Shown here piece after piece: positions 55,150 to 64,000 of a stretch of 64,000 nt of DNA. A model generated the notes under the pieces. It did not search any database. It was given only the letters and a program-made list of their open reading frames with translations, and was not told the origin of the DNA. A program made the translations under genes and the position numbers. Each line of letters starts with the position of its first letter. Position 1 is the first letter of the stretch. Origin of the DNA: Anaeramoeba ignava BMAN (taxonomy: Eukaryota; Protista; Anaeramoebae); the NCBI GenBank assembly GCA_028826165.1, contig JAPDFW010000011.1, forward strand, positions 1-64,000. Direction: 5' to 3'.

Positions 55150-56376
55150 ATGATCTCAAATAATAACAATAACAACAATAATAACAATAATAACAATAAT
55201 ATCGAAAATAATAATAATAACACTTTCGGATGGGAAAAAATTGAAAAATCTTGGGAAAAAATTCAAATTGACGAAAATAACAATCTTTCCCTCATAAGCT
55301 TGGATTCACACTCTAAAGAATCCAAAACAAAAAATCAATACGCAGTCTCAATATTCAGCCCAGAAAAGATCGAAAACCACAAATACATCACAACACAACG
55401 CGGAATGGTGAGAAGAGTTGTGCTTGTCACAGACTTCTCTCGATACACAGAAACAAAGGACTTCAACAACTTCCACATCGCACAAGAAACCAAGATTGTC
55501 GAGAAATTTATCCTCGAATTCTTCGACCAAAACGCCATCTCACAACTTGGCTTAATCGCAACAAGAAACTCAAAAGCTCAACTCATTTCCGAAATTACAG
55601 GTTCATCAAAGTTTTTGATAAACTCCCTTAGAAAAAACGATAAAACCGGTGGAGATCCTTCACTTCAAAACTCCCTTAAACTCTCCCGCGCAATGCTTTC
55701 CTCTTTGCCTTCTTACTTCTCAAAAGAAATTATCCTTATCTATTTCGGCATTTCTTCTTGCGATCCCTCAAACATCACAAAAACAATCCGCAAACTCAAA
55801 AAGGACAAAATCAAATGCTCCATCATCGGAATCAACGCAGAAATACGCATCCTTTCCCTTATCGCTCGTGAAACTTCAGGCTCTTATCACGTTGCCTCAG
55901 ACATCGACGACTTCAAAGCCTACTTTCTCGATTTAGCAACACCTCAAATAATAACCGAAGAAAACAACGAAAACAACATGATTCTCATGGGATTCGCAAA
56001 CAAGAGTCACGGTAATCTTCCTCCCGTTTTCTGTCCTCAGCAAAACAAATTCAAGGAAGGAGGCTATCTTTGTCCTCGTTGCAAAACTCGTGTTTGGCAA
56101 GTTCCTGGCGAATGCTCTGTATGCAAAACTCTCCTTGTAACTTCCCCTCACCTCACCCGTCTATATCACCATCTTCTCCCACTTAAATCTTTCCTCAATA
56201 TTCCCTTTCCTTCTCTTGACCCCGATTCCCTCAATAATAATCTTTGCTTTTCTTGCCAATCTCCTTTGTCTTCGGGTTGTTTTAAATGCCAGGATTGTGG
56301 CAATCTCTTCTGCCAATATTGCAATGATTTTATTCACGATTCCTTATTTTTTTGTCCAGGTTGTGAACATAGATGA
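55150..56376 (+). CDS. GTF2H2: TFIIH subunit p44/Ssl1
   Basis: RGMVRRVVLVTDFS, EFFDQNAISQLG, GDPSLQNSL, GYLCPRC...C..C...LVTSPHLTRLYHHL, and a C-terminal C..C...FIHDSL..CPGC zinc domain. Confidence 0.93.
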   Translation: MISNNNNNNNNNNNNNNIENNNNNTFGWEKIEKSWEKIQIDENNNLSLISLDSHSKESKTKNQYAVSIFSPEKIENHKYITTQRGMVRRVVLVTDFSRYTETKDFNNFHIAQETKIVEKFILEFFDQNAISQLGLIATRNSKAQLISEITGSSKFLINSLRKNDKTGGDPSLQNSLKLSRAMLSSLPSYFSKEIILIYFGISSCDPSNITKTIRKLKKDKIKCSIIGINAEIRILSLIARETSGSYHVASDIDDFKAYFLDLATPQIITEENNENNMILMGFANKSHGNLPPVFCPQQNKFKEGGYLCPRCKTRVWQVPGECSVCKTLLVTSPHLTRLYHHLLPLKSFLNIPFPSLDPDSLNNNLCFSCQSPLSSGCFKCQDCGNLFCQYCNDFIHDSLFFCPGCEHR

Positions 56377-56440
56377 TTTTCTTTTTAGTCTTCATTAAAG
56401 TTTGTAAAAATAAAAGGAAAACATTTTTCTTTCTTCTGTT

Positions 56441-59232
56441 CTATTTTTTTTGCTTAATTTTCTCAAAAAAATTCATTATTGTCTTTGTTGTTTTATCTTC
56501 AATCTCCTTTTTCTTTGTTTTGTTCTTCAAAAAATTATAAATTGTTTTCTCTTCAACTCGAATTCTTTTTGTTGGGAATAATCCAAATCTTGAAGAATTT
56601 GATCCTAAAATCTCTGAAAAATTCTCTTTTGTTTCTTCTTCTCCAAAATCTTCTTCAAGATTTCCCACTTTCTCATTTATTAATCCAATAAATTCTCTTC
56701 CATTTTCTTCTTTAATCCACGCGAATTCCTTTTTCATCTCTTCTACTTTTTCAAAAGAAAGTATTTCCTCAATACTCTTTTTAGAAAGAAGTGATTGAAC
56801 TGCAAATTCATTAAACATTGGAAAATTCAAAAGAATTTGTTCTTCCTTTTGTTTTGTTAAAATTTTAAGAATTTAAAATGAATAAAATTAAAAAAAAAAT
56901 AAACTTACTTTAGATTCAAATTCTTGGAGAAATCCATTTATTTTTTCCTATTTGTAAAAAAATTTTTTAAATCATTTTAAAAGTAAATTTTTGATTTTTA
57001 CTTAATTCACTTACTTCATTAAATCTTGAATTTTCTTCCTTTTCACTTTCACTAATAGATCTAATCATTCCTGCTAATTGAATTTCAGAAAAAACATATC
57101 TAATTTTCACACTTATTTTTGTCTCAGAAAGAGTGAGAAGAAGAAGGAATGATGTAAAATCTGTTCTCCATTGTTGATCAAGAAAAATCCATTCTTCTTT
57201 TTTTTTTCCACAATCAAAAATTATCCAAATATTATCAAATCCATATTGGAAACGGTCTTCAATAACTAAATTAAGCCAATCCTTAACAAACCTTAATTTG
57301 TTAAGTTTTTGAATTATCACTCCTGTTGTTTCATTTACAATTAAATCTATATTTTCAAGTTTAAATTCTCTTTCGATAAACTTCATATTGAAAGAATTTT
57401 CCAATAATTTTCTTAATCGGTAATTCTGAATAAAAGCTTCTCCAGCAAGAACAGAAATTTGTTTTGAAAGATCAAATAAGCGAATAAATTCTTCAAAGTA
57501 TTTTCTTGATTCTATTTCTTCTATTTTGTCTTCTTCCTTTTGTTTCTTTTTTTTGTTGTGATAAATTGTGAATAGGAATATTTTTGCTTGAAAAATTTTT
57601 TCCGGAAACAAAATTATCACTTTTTCCTCTAATTTTCATAAATTGTTGGAGTAATTGAGAAGGATTATCTTGTTGATTAAATTTATTTTGTTGATTAAAT
57701 TTATCTTGTTGATTAAATTTATCTTGTTGATTAAATTTATCTTCTTGATTAAATTTATCTTCTTGATTAAATTTATCTTCTTGATTAAATTTATCTTCTT
57801 CTTGATTAAATTTATCTTCTTGATTAAATTTATCTTCTTGATTAAATTTATCTTCTTGATTAAATTTATCTTCTTCAAATTCTTCGAAATACCCTGAATA
57901 TTTTGTCCTTTCCTTTCCATTTCTTATTTCAAATTCTTCAAAATTCCAAAAATCAAAATGAATAAAAAAATTCACAACATGAATTTGGATTTGTTCAAGT
58001 GTTTTTCTCTTGAATTCAAAATAACTCCTTCCTTCATCTCCTTCTCCAAATTGAATTTTCAAGAATAAACTTTTTTCAGAATATTTCCCTTCTTTATATC
58101 CAAATTTTTCCTTAGAAGACAAGGAAAATAGCAAAGGAAGAACAGGAGAAGGAAGAAAACTCAATGAATTCTCATTAAATCGAGTTTCATCAATCCATAA
58201 TTTCTTTCTAAAAAGTTCAAATTTCTCCGATTCAACTCCACTAAAAATTTCTTGCTTTGGAACCTTTCGAGAATTGAGAATATTTGGAGAATTTTGTCTT
58301 GATACAATCCAAAAATCTCGTAATCTGTTTTTCATTTCTAAATGTTGATTGGCAAGAATTTCAATTGCTGGTTCTTCAATTTCGCCAATAAATTCTTCTT
58401 CCATCATTTCTTCATCTGTTTCTAAAGAAACAAAACCATTATTTTCATCTCTTTCTACCTTATTTGAATAACTAAAATCCAAACTGAAATTATCAAGTAT
58501 ATTTTCTTCATTAAATTGGTATTTAATCGGAATTTGATTTTGTAAAATGAGATCCTTTTTTTTCAATAGAGGAATAATGTTTGAAAAAGAATAATTGAGT
58601 TGATTTAAATCAAAAAAATTTTCCAAAGCAACATAAAAAAGTGGATCCAAGTTTTCAATTTTCACTTCTTCTTCTTCTTCTTCTTCTTTAAAAATCTCTA
58701 TTAAATTTGTTGTTTTGTGATTTTGATCAAAAGAATATAAACTTGAGAAAGTGAAACAGAAATCTGTTGAATAAAAAGAGTCAGGAGTTAAAGAAGTGAT
58801 TACTGGAAGTGCTAATTCTTTTTTCATTTTGGGAAGTAAATCTATTTGGGAAATTTTGCTTAAATTATCTAAAACAGGAAGATCTGAAAATTCTTCAATT
58901 TCTTGATTCATTTCAATTTCAAAATCTTCTTCATTTTCATTTTCAAATTCATTTTCAAATTCATTTTCATTTTTAAACTCTATTCTGAATTCTTCATTAA
59001 ATTTATTAAAAATTTTCTTTTTTTCCAAGTTTTGAATTGTTTTTGGTTTCATTTCCTCAAAACAACTTTTAATTTCTTTCCATTTTGATTTAGAATTAAA
59101 AGAAAAAATGGAAGAAATTTTTGGAAAATGAATAAATGAAACTTGCATTGCATTTTGAACTTCTTTTTCTTCAATTTCTTCAAAAAAATTATTTTGAAAA
59201 AAAGAAAAAAGTGGAACAAAATTTCTTTTCAT
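56441..59232 (-). CDS. SHOC1/Zip2-like XPF-fold meiotic protein (tentative)
   Basis: C-terminal LLENSFNMKFIERE...DLIVNETTGVII and NFPMFNEFAVQSLLSKKSIEEIL resemble the SHOC1 XPF-like and HhH regions. There is a frameshift near 57600 and short introns. Confidence 0.5.
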
Positions 59233-59393
59233 TTTTAAAAAAGAAAAAATAATTTAATATTTTTTTGATCAAATTTTTTAATTAAATAAGAAAAAAGAAA
59301 AGAAAAGAAAAGAAAAGAAAAGAAAAACATTTTGACTTTGATTTTATTGAAAAAAAAAAAGAAAAAAATAAAAAACAAAATTGATTAAAATGA

Positions 59394-61889
59394 TTAAATT
59401 TTTTGAAGAAAAAATCCCATTGCTTTTTTATAGTTTCTTTCTTCTTTTGTAGTCATTCTATCAACAAACCATTGAGCAGAAGAAGTTCTTTTATGATATC
59501 TTCTATTTTTCTTATTAAAAACTATACCCAAGTCACAAGTAGTAATTGAGTGGAAAAATAGAATCAGGATCGATTGTTTGTTGAAGAATCAAATTTTCAT
59601 GAAGTTTAGGTTTTAAAGCCCATTTAGGGATTTTCTTTCCGTTATGAGAATCATCATTTGAAGTGAGATCATCTGAATCGTAATTAGAAGATTCAGAACT
59701 ATCATGATCAGTCATTTGATATTCTAAATCGTCTGCGTTGGAATTTGAGTATGATTCTGAATCACTATCTGAATCTATGTCTGAATCTGCGTAAAATTTC
59801 AGTGAATTGGAAAGAAAAGGACAACTTTGTGGAACTTGTTTGATTTCTTGTTTTTTTTGTATGTCTTGTTTTTGTTGAATTTCTTCTTCTTTTTCTGAAT
59901 TTTCTGAAGGATGATAAGAATCTTCTGAATCATCTGAATCATCAATCAAAACTTCATATTTGCTGTCTTGTTGCTGTTGAATTTCTTCTTCTTTTTCTGA
60001 ATTTTCTGAAGGATGATAAGAATCTTCTGAATCTGTTTCTTCACTTGATTCTTCAATTAGATCCTCAAATGATTTATAATTTGATTCATCATTTGATTCG
60101 TAATTTACTTCTTCATCTTTTTGTTTTTCTGAGATTCTTCCTAATTTTTGTGGTTTTTCGTCTTCCAATTTTTCTTTTGTTAAATCAAAACCACTTAATT
60201 CATCTTGTTTTTCAATTTCTTGTTGTAAATTCAATTTTCGATTAATTTTTGGTTTTTCATTTGATTGAGATAATTCTTCTGCAACAATAATTTCAGTTCT
60301 AAGAGTGCTTGGTTCTTGTATATTTTTCTTCTTTAATTCTTTTTGTTGATCTTTTTCAACTTCTTCTTTTAGAATGTTTTCTTGATTTTTATTTTGATTT
60401 TCACCAATAACAATATTATTTTCTTCATTATTTTCTTCTTGAATTTTAGGGAGTTCTGAAGAAAAAAAAGTTGGACTTTTTAATTTTCTTGTTTTTTGGG
60501 AATTTTTGTTTAATTTGTTTTTTTTGTTATTATTATTATTCTTCTTCTTCTTAGTAGATTTGTGATTTTTTTGAGAATCATTAGAATTTTTCTATTTGTT
60601 TTTTTTTAAATTAAAATTAAAATTAAAATTAAAATTAAAATTAAAATTAAAATTAAAATTAAAAATTAAAATGAAAATCAAAATCAAAATTAAAATTAAA
60701 ATCAATATAAATATCAATATAAATATCAATATAAATATCAATATCAATATCAATATCAATATCAATATCAATATCAATATCAATATCAATATCAATATAA
60801 ATATAAATATCAATATCAATATAAATATAAATATAAATATCAATATCAATATCAATATAAATATAAATATAAATATAAATATAAATATCAATATAAATAT
60901 AAAATATAAATATCAATATAAATATAAATATCAAAATTAAAAATCAAAAATAAAAATAAAAAAAATCAAAATTAAAATCAAAAATCAAAATATCAATATC
61001 AATATCAATATAAATATCAATATCAATATCAATATCAATATAAATATAAATATAAATATAAATATAAATATCAATATAAATATCAATATCAATATAAATA
61101 TCAATATCAATATCAATATCAATATCAATATCAATATCAATATCAATATCAATATAAATATAAATATAAATATAAATATAAATATCAATATCAATATAAA
61201 TATCAATATAAATATCAATATCAATATCAATATCAATATCAATATCAATATCAATATCAATATCAATATCAATATCAATATCAATATCAATATAAATATA
61301 AATATCAATATAAATATATATAAATATCAAAATAAATATAAATATAAATATCAATATCAACATCAAAATAAATATAAATATAAATATAAATATAAATATC
61401 AATATCAATATCAATATATCAATATCAATATCAATATCAATATCAAATCAATCAATATTAATATAAATATAAATATCAATATAAATATCAATATCAATAT
61501 AAATATCAATATCAATATCAATATCAATATAAATATAAATATAAATATAAATATAAATATCAATATCAATATCAATATAAATATAAATATCAATATCAAT
61601 ATAAATATAAATATAAATATAAATATAAATATCAATATCAATATCAATATCAATATAAATATAAATATAAATATCAAATACAAACTTGAATAACTAAATT
61701 TTGTTGAATTTGTTGAATTAAATTTGTTTTTGTTAAAAATGCTTCTTTTCTTCTAGAAATTGATGAAGAAATTTTTTGGACAAATAATTGCAACCAATCA
61801 ATTTGTTTTTGATAATTTTGTTGAAAAGTTAAAATATGATCATTAGATTGCTTTTCAAGAGTTTGAGAAATTTCAAGAATTGTTTCCAT
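59394..61889 (-). CDS. INCENP-like protein (IN-box)
   Basis: KIPKWA...[11 protein letters not shown], then after a 1-nt shift near 59555, CDLGIVF...[12 protein letters not shown], matching the Aurora-binding IN-box pattern. Intron about 61681-60592 is filled with (ATATCA/ATATAA)n. Confidence 0.75.
60605..61678. repeat. Intronic hexamer satellite (AAAATT then ATATCA/ATATAA)
   Basis: Visible directly. Confidence 0.9.
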
Positions 61890-62146
61890 ATTTTTAATAA
61901 AAAAGAAAAAAATGAAAAAAAATGAAAAAAATAATAAATAAATAAAAAAGAGGAACAGAGAAAAATTTTTTTAACGATCCAACGAATAATTTTTTTTAAT
62001 TAAAAAAATAAAATAAAAATAAAAATAAAAATAATTATTAATTTTTTTTAATTTATTACTAATTATTTAATTTTTTTTAATAATCTAAAAAAAAAATAAA
62101 AAACAAAAAAAAAATTTCAATTTTTTTCTTTCAAATTTTAATTTAA

Positions 62147-63956
62147 ATGTCCCAAAACAATAATAACAATAATAATAATAAAGATAAACCACATAATAAT
62201 TCACAAAAACCTAATAAAGATGAACCAACAATTCAAACTCAAATCATACAAAAGAATGAAAATGAAAAACCAAATGAAAATTTAAATGAAAATATTTCAA
62301 ATCCAAATGAAAATCAAAATGAAAAAGAAATTCAAATTGAAAATGATGGAGATGAAGATGAATTTCAAACTTTAGAAAATGAAAATGAAAAAGAAAATGA
62401 AAATGAAAAAGAAAAAGAAAAAGAACCAAAAAAACAAACAAAAAGAGAAATAAAAAGAGAAGAAAAAGAAGTAACCTCATTTAGAAGAAAGAAATTTTCT
62501 AAAAGAAGATATTTCTTTAGAAAAAGATCTCCTGAACTTTTTGAGTTATTTTCAAGTAAAAATTAACTTTATATAACCCCTTTTTTTTTGGAGTTTAAAA
62601 ATCTCCAATATTTGCGATTTTTTAGGTTTTATTGGTGGCAAATTTAATAATAATAAAATAATAATAAAATAATAATAAAATAAAATAATAATTTTAATAA
62701 TAAAATAATAATAATAATTTTAATAATAATTTTAATAATAAAATAATAATAATAAAATAATAATAAAATAATAAAATAATAATAATAATTTTAATAATAA
62801 TTTTAATAATAATAATTTTAATAATAATAATTTTAATAATAATTTTAATAATAATTTTAATAATAATTTTAATAATAATTTTAATAATAATTTTAATAAT
62901 AAAATAATAATAAAATAATAATAAAATAAATAATAATAATTTTAATAATAATTTTAATAATAAAAATAATAATAAAATAATAATAAAAATAAAAAATAAT
63001 AATAATAAAATAATAATAATAAAAATAATAATAATTTTAATAATAATTTTAATAATAATAAAATAATAATAATAATAAAATAATAATAATTTTAATAATA
63101 ATAATAATTTTAATAATAATAATTTTAATAATAAAATAAAATAATAATAATTTTAATAATAATTTTAATAATAATAAAATAATAATTTTAATAATAATAA
63201 TAATAAAATTTTAATAATTTTAATAATAATAAAATAAAATAATAATTTTAATAGTAATAATTTTAATAATAAAATAATAATAATAAAATAATAATAAAAT
63301 AATAATAAAATAATAATAATTTTAATAATAATTTTAATAATAATAATAATAATAAAATAATAATAATAAAATAATAATAAAATAAAATAATAATTTTAAT
63401 AATAATTTTAATAATAATTTTAATAATAATTTTAATAATAATTTTAATAATTTTTAAAGTGTGTGAGAAATTCCCTAAAAAGGTCCGAATCCCAAGACTT
63501 GGAATTAAAAAACATGAAATTGAAAAAACAGCATTTGATTTAAAAGTATGGGATAGAATTAAAGGATCTAAAAATTCAGGAGGATGGGTTTACCAAAATG
63601 TAGAAGAAGTGAAAAAACAAAGAGGGTAAACTAATTTCAAATTAATTTAAAATTGTTTTCATTTATTTATATTTTTATATTGAATTTAAATTAAAAAAAT
63701 ATTATTAGGATTGTTTGGCAAATTGTTAAGAATATTGCTTCTAATTTAGTCAGTAAAGAAAGTGATTTGGAATATTTTTCACTTCCAGTTTCTGTATTTG
63801 AGCCAAGAAGTTATTTGGAAAGATTACTTGATTCTTATTGCTATGCTCCTATTTTTTTGAATTTAGCTGCAGAAGAAAAAAAACCAGTTGAAAGAATGAA
63901 ATTAGTTATTTGCATGATATTAGCAGGATTACATAATACAATTATCCAATTAAAAG
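62147..63956 (+). CDS. Oxysterol-binding protein family (5' part, continues beyond the window)
   Basis: SLPVSVFEPRSYLERL...AA...PVERMKLV matches the start of the OSBP domain. Contains an intron with an (AAT)n satellite at about 62640-63455. Confidence 0.85.
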
Positions 63957-64000
63957 TATAAAATTAAAATTAAAATTTAAAATTAAAATTAAAATTAATA

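Noticed and set aside
60592-61683. ILIL/IDID/KIKI ORFs here and at 17277-18586, 25370-25676 and 46041-46235
   Set aside because: Translations of simple-sequence repeats, mostly intronic or off-frame.
62471-62640. Possible 9-nt exon and extra intron in the OSBP gene
   Set aside because: Several boundary choices are possible and cannot be resolved without transcripts.

Overview
Very AT-rich eukaryotic (protist-like) genomic DNA using the standard code, with GT-AG spliceosomal introns and about 20 protein genes plus one tRNA-Ala(TGC). Recognisable genes include DCTN2, tandem PLAA/Doa1 paralogues, EXO1, a BAP31-like protein, a tandem DH-PH RhoGEF, a vezatin-like protein, gamma-tubulin, RUVBL1, TFIIH p44, SHOC1-like, INCENP-like and OSBP. 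Overall style resembles an anaerobic amoeboid metamonad such as Anaeramoeba, but this is an unverified impression. The main finding is at 6946-11055 (- strand), largely invisible to the ORF track: a RING-kinase-ankyrin gene in which each ankyrin repeat body is its own phase-0 exon (96-99 nt). The inter-repeat hairpin loops are encoded by arrays of single-codon (3-nt) AG|NNN|GT microexons, 27 in total, in arrays of 3, 10, 10 and 4, none a stop codon. This is a candidate splicing-based combinatorial diversifier of a recognition surface. Other points: a microexon-split Cys-rich CaaX protein, satellite-filled introns, tRNA 3'-end fragments in tandem repeats, a TTTTCA initiator-like motif before most genes, and several homopolymer frameshifts that are probably assembly errors.
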